Source: an uncultured cyanobacterium (GTDB lineage Bacteria; Cyanobacteriota; Cyanobacteriia; CAKZMO01). From it: a stretch of 64,000 bases of DNA. The DNA lies in the NCBI GenBank assembly GCA_963719515.1, contig CAVRCJ010000011.1, positions 128,001 to 192,000 of the forward strand. The letters are read 5' to 3'. The notes below the pieces were generated by a model. That model saw nothing but the letters and a program-made list of their open reading frames with translations, did not search any database and had not been told where the DNA came from. The translations under genes were made by a program, and so were the position numbers. Shown in pieces: positions 1 through 9,038 of this stretch (position 1 is its first letter; every line of letters begins with the position of its first letter).

Positions 1-140
1 CAGCTGCGTCTTGGGAAAACCCCTCACCATTGAGCGAGACTCAGACAACGCCATTGGCCGCTTTTGGGTGCAAGATTTATCTGACGTCAGCGACGTTCGC
101 CTCCGGCTAGAGAGCTATTCTGGGGGGCCAGCAGGGGCGA

Positions 141-1811
141 TTAAAGATCTCCCTTTAGTCTCTCCTCGTGAACGACCGGCAGTCCGCTGAGCCATTCCCT
201 ATCCTCACTGACGTGGGGAAACTTCAGCTGAGCTTCAGTGATGCCGGTTTGAACCATCTGCACTCGAAGCTGCTCGAAGCTCCCGGCGGCAAGAATGCGG
301 AGGCGGGGGGAGGGAATTTGGTCGCGCCGCTTGATGCCGTAAAACTTCTGCACGCTTTTCATGGTCTCGTCAAACTGCTGCAAAAATTGCTGTGGATCAG
401 ACAGCTGTGACCCTGCGGCCACCTCGACATTGACTAGATAGTGGGCCGGAATGGCGTCTTTTGACAGGGTAATGCAAAAATTTTCGAGGTCTACGTCAAG
501 CCGCCGCTGCAGCTGCTGAATCACCTCAACCACGTGGGCCTCTGTCGTTTTCTCGGTCGATGAGGAGATCACCCTGCCCCGCCGATATCTGAACGTCATC
601 AGGGGAGCTTGCTCAAAAAAGCCGTCAATTTCAACCACATCGCCCAAATCGTAGCGGTAGAAGCCGCTGTAATTGGTGAAGACGACTCGGTACTGCTGAC
701 CGGACCGGACCTCGTGGGGGAGAACCGTCTTGGGGGATTCAGCCTCCCACTGCTCTACGGGGATAAACTCCACAAAAGCGCTTTCGATAGCCGGGATAAC
801 GCTATCGGTGTCGAAGTCGTGAGAAATGCCAAGAGCACCTTCGGCGCAGGAATAGGTGCCGCCGAACACGGGCAGATCACCAAAATACTCGGAGAATTTC
901 TCGAAGTAGAAGTCTGAGGTGCCGCCCCGGGCCGTAACCATAAACGACAGGTCAGGCCAGGCCCGCTGAGGCGTGAGTCGGCCATCCGCGCTCAGCACTT
1001 GCTGCAGCTCGGTAGCGCGCTGAGGGGCCGCCGACCATTTTTGCTCTAGACGACGCCTCAGCTCGGGTTCGAGCATTATCCAATCTGCAATCTTTCCCGT
1101 CTTGATGTCTTGAATCATGGAGTCTGCGTGGGTCTCAAGAAACTGACACAGCTGCAGCGCCAGCACCGGGAAGGTGGCCCCAATAGTGCGCAGCCGCCGG
1201 TTGCGCAGCGAAAACAGCAGGCAAACGTAATAGCGGGCTGTAGTTTCTGCGATCTGGAAGGCTTCGAAGGGGTAGGCGAAGATTTGCCGGGACAAAGCGT
1301 CCATCAGCCGCATATCGCTTGTGCTCACGGGGGCAAATTCGATTCCGCTCGGCGTTTGTCCGTGAGACTGAGTGGAGATGGGAAACAGCATCTGCCCGGG
1401 CGGTCGCTTTGCTCGGGCGGCGGCGCCAAAGACGAACCCGACTGCGGCCCGGTTAGCACGAGAGAGGTGGCGGCGCGATCGCTTAGTCACCGGGATCAAT
1501 TTCTTCTTCCCGGTGGACCCGCTGCTGATGTTGAAGTAAATCAGCGGATCGGGAACGAGAACGTTGGGTTCGCCTTCAGCCATGCGCTGGATGTAGGGCT
1601 CGAAGGTGCGGTACGGCTGCACCGGAATCCGCTCGCGGAACTGAGCCACGGTGCTGATGTCGGCTAGGCCATGGTCACGGCCAAACGCCGTGTCTTTGTG
1701 GGCCTCCAAAAGCGATCGCAAAAATTCTTCCTGTGCCGCTTCTAGATGCCCCAATTTTTTGACGAGCTTTCTCCTAGACCGCAGCGCGACGGCCGACAGC
1801 GCCGAGAACAT
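141..1811 (-). CDS. GH3 family acyl-acid amido synthetase (GH3 auxin-responsive promoter family)
   Basis: GH3 motifs ISSGSTGKKKLIP, YSCAE and FYRYDLGD. Start set at ATG 1811, which overlaps the upstream stop (TGATG); the ORF track extends to 1910. Confidence 0.85.
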   Translation of the reverse strand: MFSALSAVALRSRRKLVKKLGHLEAAQEEFLRSLLEAHKDTAFGRDHGLADISTVAQFRERIPVQPYRTFEPYIQRMAEGEPNVLVPDPLIYFNISSGSTGKKKLIPVTKRSRRHLSRANRAAVGFVFGAAARAKRPPGQMLFPISTQSHGQTPSGIEFAPVSTSDMRLMDALSRQIFAYPFEAFQIAETTARYYVCLLFSLRNRRLRTIGATFPVLALQLCQFLETHADSMIQDIKTGKIADWIMLEPELRRRLEQKWSAAPQRATELQQVLSADGRLTPQRAWPDLSFMVTARGGTSDFYFEKFSEYFGDLPVFGGTYSCAEGALGISHDFDTDSVIPAIESAFVEFIPVEQWEAESPKTVLPHEVRSGQQYRVVFTNYSGFYRYDLGDVVEIDGFFEQAPLMTFRYRRGRVISSSTEKTTEAHVVEVIQQLQRRLDVDLENFCITLSKDAIPAHYLVNVEVAAGSQLSDPQQFLQQFDETMKSVQKFYGIKRRDQIPSPRLRILAAGSFEQLRVQMVQTGITEAQLKFPHVSEDREWLSGLPVVHEERLKGDL

Positions 1812-3133
1812 CAAATTTTGCAAAGGTCTCTCCCCATCCGTTCTTTGACAACATCTGCTCGAATCTCGCTGGGCGAAAAGGTCAGTGAAGGCCGGAGGTG
1901 ATGCAAGCAATAGTCTTGCCTGAGCCTATCGATACCGCCACTGGTGATATTGAGCAAAACACTGTCGCCGCGCTCAATTTTTTGGGTCGCGACCGCCTGC
2001 TGAAGCGCGGCGACGGCAACCCCCGACGCCGGGCTAATGTCGATTCCCTCGAGCGCCCGGAAGAGGCGCTGAGCCAAGGCCGCTGCGTCATTTCTCACCC
2101 CATATAGGTGTCCCCTCGTGGCCTTCAGCGCGTCGTATACGCCGCCCTTGAGGGCGTAGGCCGGGCTGCGGTTGGTGAGCACTTTTGCCGCGACGCCTTC
2201 AATCTGCTTTTTTGCGGCGGCTTCACTGACGGGAGCAAGCTGGCGATCGCCCGCAGCCCAGGCGTTTACCATCGGCGCAAACGGTAGGTTCTGAGCGAGA
2301 TGCAGCGTCATCCGGCGCGTCCCAAAGCGGCCATCCTGCAGCAGGCGTAAATTGGCCTCCCAGGCGGAAATGCCCCCTGTGCCCGAGCCCACGGCTTGGA
2401 TATAGTGATCAGGGATATGCCCCAGGGTCACGGCGGCGTCAACGACGGTGAGCCCCATACCGTCGCGCCGCCCCACGTTGGCAGCCCCCCCTTCCGGGAA
2501 GTATCCGTCTAGCTGGCTGATCAGCTGCGCTAGGGCGATCGCATCGGAATAGTCGCCGCCCCCCGCCACAACAACCAGCCGTACGCAGGGGTGGAAGGGG
2601 GCTTGCGACCAGATGGCCTGTAGATTCTGCTCTGGAAGCACTAAGCACAGGGGGATCTCTAAGGCGGAGCAAAGCGTCGCAAACGCGCGGCCCGTATTGC
2701 CAGCGGAGGCCAGTACGAGGGTTCGCGGATGGTCTTTGGGGATACGGGCAAGGACAGCGGGGGCCTCTAGCTCTTTGAAGGAGCCTGTCGTGAGGGAAGC
2801 ATCGCGCTCGGGCCAGTAGCCGTTGAAGCTGATGTACAGATGCTCCAGCCCCAGATACTGCCCCAGCCGAGTACCCTTGTAGGTAATAGGCTTACCCGAA
2901 ACGTCAAGCCAGCGCTCTACGGGAAGCCAGTCGCTAAACTGAAAGACGCCGGGCAGATGAGGATTGACCGTAAGGGCAGTAGCGCGGTAGACGGCCCTTA
3001 AAAGCGCTGGCTCATGGGGAACAGTGCACTTGAGTTGAAATGGATTTGCGCTGTATTCAGCCCCGCACAGCGTACATTGAAGGGTATAGTGAGGCGGTTT
3101 AGCGTTCAAGGACTCTAATCGAACCCTGCCCAT
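1811..3133 (-). CDS. Cysteate synthase (PLP-dependent, threonine synthase-like fold)
   Basis: N-terminal CxxC, LYISFNGYWPE, PLP lysine in GSFKELEA, ASAGNTGRAF, EGGAANVGRRDGMG and QAVGSGTG, all typical of the cysteate synthase subfamily. Confidence 0.8.
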   Translation of the reverse strand: MGRVRLESLNAKPPHYTLQCTLCGAEYSANPFQLKCTVPHEPALLRAVYRATALTVNPHLPGVFQFSDWLPVERWLDVSGKPITYKGTRLGQYLGLEHLYISFNGYWPERDASLTTGSFKELEAPAVLARIPKDHPRTLVLASAGNTGRAFATLCSALEIPLCLVLPEQNLQAIWSQAPFHPCVRLVVVAGGGDYSDAIALAQLISQLDGYFPEGGAANVGRRDGMGLTVVDAAVTLGHIPDHYIQAVGSGTGGISAWEANLRLLQDGRFGTRRMTLHLAQNLPFAPMVNAWAAGDRQLAPVSEAAAKKQIEGVAAKVLTNRSPAYALKGGVYDALKATRGHLYGVRNDAAALAQRLFRALEGIDISPASGVAVAALQQAVATQKIERGDSVLLNITSGGIDRLRQDYCLHHLRPSLTFSPSEIRADVVKERMGRDLCKI

Positions 3134-3254
3134 TGTATTGACCTCATAATGTTGCTTTCCACGGCGGTTTGCAGCGAATGGCGGCGGAACGCCAGAAGCG
3201 CCTGCGATTTAGAGGGCTATCATACTAGACATAGGGCTAATTTAGCTAATTCGT

Positions 3255-4712
3255 GAAAGCCCCGCGCTGTATGCGCAGCATCAGCGTCGGGATGCAAGCG
3301 AGCGAGTCGCAGACGAGCAATTCTAGGGAGTAACACAACCCCTCCTAAATCTTGCTATAATTGGTACATGCTTACCTTGAACTACTCCTACCGAATCTAT
3401 CCAAGCCTTGAGCAGGAAGCCCGCATGGTGACGTGGCTTGAGACCTGTCGCGGCGTCTACAATTACGCCCTGAGGGAGCGCAAGGACTGGATAAAGTCGA
3501 GAAGCTGTCAGCTCAACGCTTGCTCGCTGCAATCGGAGTACATCATTCCAGCAGACGCGTCTTACCCCAGCTACTACGCTCAAAAGCGATCGCTGACCGC
3601 TGCCAAAAAGCAGTTGCCGCATCTCAAGGACGTGCAATCCCAGGTGCTTCAGGACGTGATAGGACGGGTGGAATCGGCGTTTGCTGCCAGGAAGGAGCGA
3701 GGTCACGGTTTCCCACGCTTTAAGAAGTTTGGGCAGTATCGCTCGTTTCTCTTTCCGCAGTTCAAGGAAAACCCGGTGACGGGTAGCCAAATCAAGCTGC
3801 CAAAGCTGGGAGAGATGCGCATTGTGCTGCATCGTCCCATCCCTGATGGGTTTGCTGTGAAGACGGTGCGCATCATCAAGAAGCATTCGGGGTGGTACGC
3901 TACCCTTTGCATTCAAGCCGATGTCAACGTGCCTGATGCTGTTCCTAGTGGGGCAAGTGTTGGGATTGATGTTGGGCTTGAGTATTTCCTGTCCACTTCC
4001 AACGGTTTGCAGGTCAAGCGACCTCGCTTTTCGGGTAAGCTGCACCGCAAGCTTGAATTGACGAGCGACCCCGCGCCGTCGCACGGCGCTAGGGAACGCG
4101 CGAGTTGCTGCAACGCAGGCTGAAGAACAAGCAAAAGGGGTCGAATAACCGCGCCAAGCTGATACGGAGGATTGGACGGGTGCATGAGCAGATAGCAGCC
4201 TGTCGCCTTGACTGGCAATTCAAGCTGGCCCATAAGCTCTGTGACTATGCCCAGATGATATTTGTGGAAGACATCGACTTCCGCATCATGGCAAAAGGGA
4301 TGCTGGGTAAGCACACCCTGGATGCTGGTCTGGGGCAGTTCGTCAACCAGGTGCTGCCATGGGTGTGCTTCAAGCGTGGTGTCTACTACGGCAAGGTTGA
4401 CCCCTACCGCACCTCTCAGGAATGCCCTGATTGTGGTGCTGCGGTCAAAAAGTCGCTGAGTGATAGGGTTCATCAGTGTCATAGCTGTGGGTCGGTCAAG
4501 CCGAGAGATATAGCTGCTGCCCAAGTCATCAACGCCCGTGGTCTTTCGGGTGTTCAAATTGTCTGTGGAGCCGAGGTAGCGGGGATGTGGGAAACCATAT
4601 CTAGCCAACTGGCTGTGTTCGCGCAGCGTGCGTGTAACGCGAAGCAGGAAACTCATCGGGCGACCGATGAAGCCCGCGCTCTATCCGTAGGATGAGCGTC
4701 GGGAGTATTCAC
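3255..4712 (+). mobile_element. IS200/IS605 family element, IS1341 type (tnpB only, no tnpA)
   Basis: Related subterminal hairpins: left AAGCCCCGCGCTGTATGCGCAGCATCAGCGTCGGG (~3258-3291) and right AAGCCCGCGCTCTATCCGTAGGATGAGCGTCGGGAGTATTCAC (to 4712). They enclose tnpB. The left boundary is approximate. Confidence 0.8.
3368..4695 (+). pseudogene. tnpB: TnpB RNA-guided endonuclease, frameshifted by a 47-bp insertion at 4061-4107
   Basis: N-terminal YRIYP region; RuvC residues in GIDVG, FVED and PRDIAAA; Zn finger CPDCG/CHSCG. Split into ORFs 3368-4123 and 4105-4695; removing 4061-4107 gives one 426-aa frame. Confidence 0.85.
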
Positions 4713-4722
4713 GAGCACGCCC

Positions 4723-5253
4723 ATGACGTTGGATCAAGCTGTTCAGCTCGGTAACCCTATCCTGCGGCAGGTCGCTCGGCCCGTTGAGGCGATCGCGGTC
4801 CCCGAAACGCAGGGCCTCATTGAGCAGATGGTAGACCTGCTGCAGCGCTCAAACGGCGTCGGTATCGCCGCGCCTCAGGTCGGCGTATCCCGCCGGCTGT
4901 TAATTGTCGCCTCTCATCCCAACCCGCGCTACCCCCATGCTCCCCACATGGAGCCCACGCCCATGATCAACCCACAGATCATAGGATACCGGGGCGAACG
5001 GAAAAAAGACTGGGAAGGCTGCCTTAGCCTGCCAGACGTACGGGGTCTTGTGCCCCGCTACTCCGCTGTTGAGGTGAGCTACTGCGATCGCTACGGCCAG
5101 CGGCAGCGGCAAATCTTGACGGGCTTTGTGGCCCGCATTTTTCAGCACGAGTTTGACCATCTAGAGGGCAAGGTATTTACCGACCGTTTGGAGAGCCCCA
5201 GCGACCGGTTTACCGAAGCTGAGTATTTGACCAAAATTGCGGCCCGCGCCTAG
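4723..5253 (+). CDS. def: Peptide deformylase
   Basis: Motifs GVGIAAPQVG, EGCLS and QHEFDHLEG. Confidence 0.95.
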   Translation: MTLDQAVQLGNPILRQVARPVEAIAVPETQGLIEQMVDLLQRSNGVGIAAPQVGVSRRLLIVASHPNPRYPHAPHMEPTPMINPQIIGYRGERKKDWEGCLSLPDVRGLVPRYSAVEVSYCDRYGQRQRQILTGFVARIFQHEFDHLEGKVFTDRLESPSDRFTEAEYLTKIAARA

Positions 5254-5280
5254 CACACCGAAGCGTACGCCGCGAAACGC

Positions 5281-6699
5281 TTAGCGCACCGTGATCAAAT
5301 AGCGGCCCTGCCCTTGGCTATCTGAGGCGTTGGCCACCGCACGATAGGTTCCGCTTTTGGGCAGTATTAGGGTCAGCGACGCGTTGACGGTGTCTGCGCC
5401 AAAGTCGTTGTTCTGGCCAATGACGCGGCCATCAGGATCCAGCAAAATCAAGTAAGGGTCAAACTCCTGACTCTCCATAGCCACCGTGACGGTCTGCCCC
5501 GCTTCCCCCTCGAAGGCGTGCTCCCGGTACAGCGAGCCATCTTGAGGCAGCACGGCAGCGCCCGGCCCTAAGACGTTTTCTTCTTGAAGTAAAAAGCTGC
5601 TGAGGGCTGACTCTCCCGCCTTCACCTGCAGCTGATAGGCTCCCGTCTGACCTGGGGCGTAAGAGTTGGCCAAAATCATATAGGTGCCCGTAATGGGCGC
5701 GGTCGCCACGAGGCGGGCATCGGTGCCCCCAGCGCTATCGTCGTCGTGGGCCAAACTTTGCCCGTTGGGCGCAACCAAAATTAGGTAGGCATCTAGCTCA
5801 CCGCTGCGCATGTCTACCGTAATGCGATCGCCCACCTGAGCTTCTAGGGTATAGACATCAAAGTAGCTTTGATCAGAATCAAGAATGTTGCTGTTGGGTG
5901 AAAGCTGACCCGAAATGGGCGAACCGTTGGCCGTAACGGGCGTAATGCCGGAAAACCGCGCCCATTCGCGAGGCGCTTGGCCGCTGCGGACCACGGTCAA
6001 AAATTCGGCGGCGGAGCCAACGGGAATGGCAAACCCAATGCCGATATTCCCCCCCTCTCGCGCCGTCGTGAAAATAGAGGTATTGACGCCGATCAACTCG
6101 CCTCGGCTGTTGAGAAGTGGCCCGCCCGAGTTGCCGGGGTTGATGGCGGCATCCGTTTGAATCAAGTTGCGATCGCGGTCGATGCGGCTGATGATGCCGA
6201 CGGTCAGCGTACCCTGAAACTGCCCGAAGGGGTTACCGATGGCATAGGCGTTCTGGCCCACGCTAATCTGAGCGTCCGCCAGGCTAATGAACGGCAAATT
6301 GCTGACGTTGCGCAGCTGAATTGCCGCGAGATCAAGCCCCGGCTCGCCAAAAGCAATCACATCGCCCTCAAACTGTCGGCCGTCTTCTAAAGAGACCATC
6401 GCAGTGCGGCTTCCTTGAACCACATGAGCATTGGTGAGCACCAGACCGTCCGCGCTTACGATGCTGCCGCTGCCTGACCCGACCTCTGCCGTCTCGACGG
6501 AAACCACCGCCGGACTAGCACGGCTGTAGACCTGAATGCGGACGGCTTCATCTGACTGGCCAGGCTGCGCTTCGGTGGACTGCGCTCTGGCGGACTGCAG
6601 TCCAAAGGGGAGACCCACCGGCACCAGCCCGCTCAAAGCCGCTAAGGCGATAGCGACACCGGCAGCAAATCCAGTAGGACGGTAAGAGGGATAAGACAT
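5281..6699 (-). CDS. Secreted trypsin-like (HtrA/S1C) serine protease with two C-terminal PPC-like domains
   Basis: Signal peptide; triad in LTNAHVV, DLA and GNSGGP; repeated D[AP]YLIL..P.G modules instead of PDZ. Confidence 0.85.
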   Translation of the reverse strand: MSYPSYRPTGFAAGVAIALAALSGLVPVGLPFGLQSARAQSTEAQPGQSDEAVRIQVYSRASPAVVSVETAEVGSGSGSIVSADGLVLTNAHVVQGSRTAMVSLEDGRQFEGDVIAFGEPGLDLAAIQLRNVSNLPFISLADAQISVGQNAYAIGNPFGQFQGTLTVGIISRIDRDRNLIQTDAAINPGNSGGPLLNSRGELIGVNTSIFTTAREGGNIGIGFAIPVGSAAEFLTVVRSGQAPREWARFSGITPVTANGSPISGQLSPNSNILDSDQSYFDVYTLEAQVGDRITVDMRSGELDAYLILVAPNGQSLAHDDDSAGGTDARLVATAPITGTYMILANSYAPGQTGAYQLQVKAGESALSSFLLQEENVLGPGAAVLPQDGSLYREHAFEGEAGQTVTVAMESQEFDPYLILLDPDGRVIGQNNDFGADTVNASLTLILPKSGTYRAVANASDSQGQGRYLITVR

Positions 6700-6864
6700 A
6701 AGGCAATATGTGACAGCTAATTGACCGGCAGATGATCGGTCCCTGATTCTTCGTAGCGCGAGCTGGGCTACCCGGAAGCGATAGGCCGGGGGAGCGGTCC
6801 TGCGGTGCGCCCCCTGGCTTTAATGTAGCTAATTAAATAGGCTTCAGCACGCCGCCCGATGGGC

Positions 6865-7401
6865 CTAGGGGAAGTCAAACCGACAAGATTCCAGCTCACA
6901 CTTCAGGATAGCCTGCCACTCTTGGGTAACGCTTCTAGGAATGTGCAGCTGGTTGGGGCTGTCCTGCTTGGTCGGGGAGTTGGGAATGAGTAGGGTAAGG
7001 GCAGCGGGCGGGGCGGCGCTCAAGATGGAAGCCAGGGGATACTGGGCCACGGTGGGGGGCGGCGCCGCGGCGCCGAAGCGCGGCGTTTGGTCGGGGACGG
7101 GGGTAAAGACACGATTGTGCACCACAATGAGCGGCGCTTGATGGTCGATGGGAGGGATGGTTGGAAAGCCCACCAGCCTCAGGGCAGCTTGGGGGTCGCC
7201 CTCAGCCTTAAAGGCGATCAGCTGCCAGCTATAGCCTTGCTCGTCCCGCAGCGATCGCAGCGATTTATACAGCGTTTCGCCCGAGGCCAGGGTCTCCTGC
7301 ATCAGGCGGGCCTGGGCTAAGGGGGCAAAGCCTAATAGAAGGCAAAGGGCGACGGCGCTGACGCACAGCCGCCTGATCCAAAGGCTTTGGCGATGCGACA
7401 T
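6865..7401 (-). CDS. Cyanobacterial exported protein, DUF3122-like
   Basis: Signal peptide; SLRSLRD..GYSWQLIAFK..LRLVGFP; ATG 7401 overlaps the upstream stop. Confidence 0.6.
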   Translation of the reverse strand: MSHRQSLWIRRLCVSAVALCLLLGFAPLAQARLMQETLASGETLYKSLRSLRDEQGYSWQLIAFKAEGDPQAALRLVGFPTIPPIDHQAPLIVVHNRVFTPVPDQTPRFGAAAPPPTVAQYPLASILSAAPPAALTLLIPNSPTKQDSPNQLHIPRSVTQEWQAILKCELESCRFDFP

Positions 7402-9029
7402 CAAAACGGCGTCTCGGCGACTAGGTGCATCCTCTGGTTCCTCTCCGGATGCCAGAATTTTAGCTCCCGGGCGTGGAGGTGGAGCCGGTCGCTGGGCTCT
7501 CCTCCGTAAAGGCGATCGCCCAAAATGGGCGCACCCAGCCCCTCCGGCGACGCGAGATGGACCCGCAGCTGATGGGTACGACCCGTCAGGGGGAAAAGTT
7601 CTAGGCGCTTGTAGTCGCTGCGGCGCTCCAAGACGGTGAACTGGGTGTGGCTCGGCTTGCCACCGTCCCAGTCGACGCGGCGCTTGGGACGGTGGTCCCG
7701 GTAGCGGCCAATGGGCAGCTGAATACTGCCCTGGTCTGGCTCAACGGCGGCGGTCACCAGCGCCTCATAGCGCTTGTCCACCCGCCGCTGTCGGAACTGC
7801 TCGCTGATCTGCCGGTGCGTCTGGGGCGATCGCGCGAAGAGCAGTATCCCAGAGGTGGCTTGGTCTAGGCGATGTACGCTGTAGACTCCCCCCGAGACTG
7901 CCGCCTGCACCTGACTGACGGCGCTGTCAGGGTGAAGCACCGAGCGACCGGGGGTCGACAGCAGGCCCGCTGGTTTGGCGATCGCGATTAGCCATTGGTC
8001 TTCGTAGAGGATACGCACCTGCCGCTCAGCCGGAGTCGGCTCAACGGGCGGCAGCCCCGACAGCAAAAATCCCATAATCGGCTGACAGCGCTCTGGGCAA
8101 GCGCCATAGAACGCTCCGGAAACTCGACTACCGTCGGCAGAGTCCCCCCACCAAAACTCCGCCATTGCCAGCGGCGTAAGTCCGTGGGTAGCCGCATAGT
8201 GGAGCAGCTTTGGGGCGCAACATTTCCCGGTGCCCGTGGGCATGGCCTGGTGCGGCACAACATCGGAGAGGGCCAACCGCTCCCCAGCAAAGTTAGTGAG
8301 GGTATAGGCCGCGTGCATTTGGGTCTGTAGCTGTCGGGAAAGCTGCTTGCGCCTGCGCTTAAGGGCTTGAACCTGAGCGTCCGCCTCAGCGATCGCCTGC
8401 TTGAGGGGAGCCAAGATGCGATCGCGCGCTCGTTTAAGGTGCCGCCGCTCGATGCCGTCACGGCGACTCTCTTCGTCTAAAGCCTCCAGAAGGCGCTGAT
8501 CCTGTACCTCCTGCCGCCGTTGTCTACGGCTTTCTTTACGCTGACGGTGGCGCTCGGCCAGAGCCGATAGCCGAGCAGAGAAAATTTGGGCTTGGACGTC
8601 GTAGGCCTGGCGGGCCGGGAGCTGGGCGAGGACGGCGAGCTCTTGTTTGATTGCCTCTAGGGCAGCGATCGCCTGAAACTCAGATAAAAGCAGCTGCTCC
8701 GAATTGGGGATAGCAGGTACCCAATCGCTCTTCCCTTCAAAAGACTGGCCCGAAAAGGCTTTAAGCACCCGGCATCCCTCAGGACTCTCGACCAGCAAAA
8801 CGCCATACATTTTACCCTGGGGCAAGTCAGATCCAGAAAGCTGCGCAGAAAGGCCGCGGGCAACCCGCTCTGCCAGCGCCGTACGAGGAAGTCTCAGCCG
8901 TGACCCGGTGCGAGGACAGCGCCCCTCGTACCAATAGGTGGCGCAGGATTCTTCGACGAGCAAGCAGCCACTGCTCTGGACGCCAAACTGCGCCAGAGCT
9001 AGTGATCTGTCCCGCTCAGCCACCACCAC
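7401..9029 (-). CDS. Long-form RluA-family pseudouridine synthase with N-terminal deaminase-like and helical domain (TrcP-like)
   Basis: C-terminal KPAGL, VHRLDQATSG and GRTHQLRVH; N-terminal GKMYGVLLV..AFSG, a coiled coil, GTGKCCAPKLL and YGACPERC. Confidence 0.8.
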   Translation of the reverse strand: MVVAERDRSLALAQFGVQSSGCLLVEESCATYWYEGRCPRTGSRLRLPRTALAERVARGLSAQLSGSDLPQGKMYGVLLVESPEGCRVLKAFSGQSFEGKSDWVPAIPNSEQLLLSEFQAIAALEAIKQELAVLAQLPARQAYDVQAQIFSARLSALAERHRQRKESRRQRRQEVQDQRLLEALDEESRRDGIERRHLKRARDRILAPLKQAIAEADAQVQALKRRRKQLSRQLQTQMHAAYTLTNFAGERLALSDVVPHQAMPTGTGKCCAPKLLHYAATHGLTPLAMAEFWWGDSADGSRVSGAFYGACPERCQPIMGFLLSGLPPVEPTPAERQVRILYEDQWLIAIAKPAGLLSTPGRSVLHPDSAVSQVQAAVSGGVYSVHRLDQATSGILLFARSPQTHRQISEQFRQRRVDKRYEALVTAAVEPDQGSIQLPIGRYRDHRPKRRVDWDGGKPSHTQFTVLERRSDYKRLELFPLTGRTHQLRVHLASPEGLGAPILGDRLYGGEPSDRLHLHARELKFWHPERNQRMHLVAETPF

Positions 9030-9038
9030 AGAGCAGTC

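Noticed and set aside
4050..4125. Programmed ribosomal frameshift in tnpB
   Set aside because: There is no slippery heptamer, and a discrete 47-bp insertion explains the split exactly.
3323..4656. Long minus-strand ORFs 3323-4084 and 3913-4656 as tnpA or other genes
   Set aside because: They are antisense shadows of tnpB, with no recognisable Y1 transposase or serine recombinase motifs.
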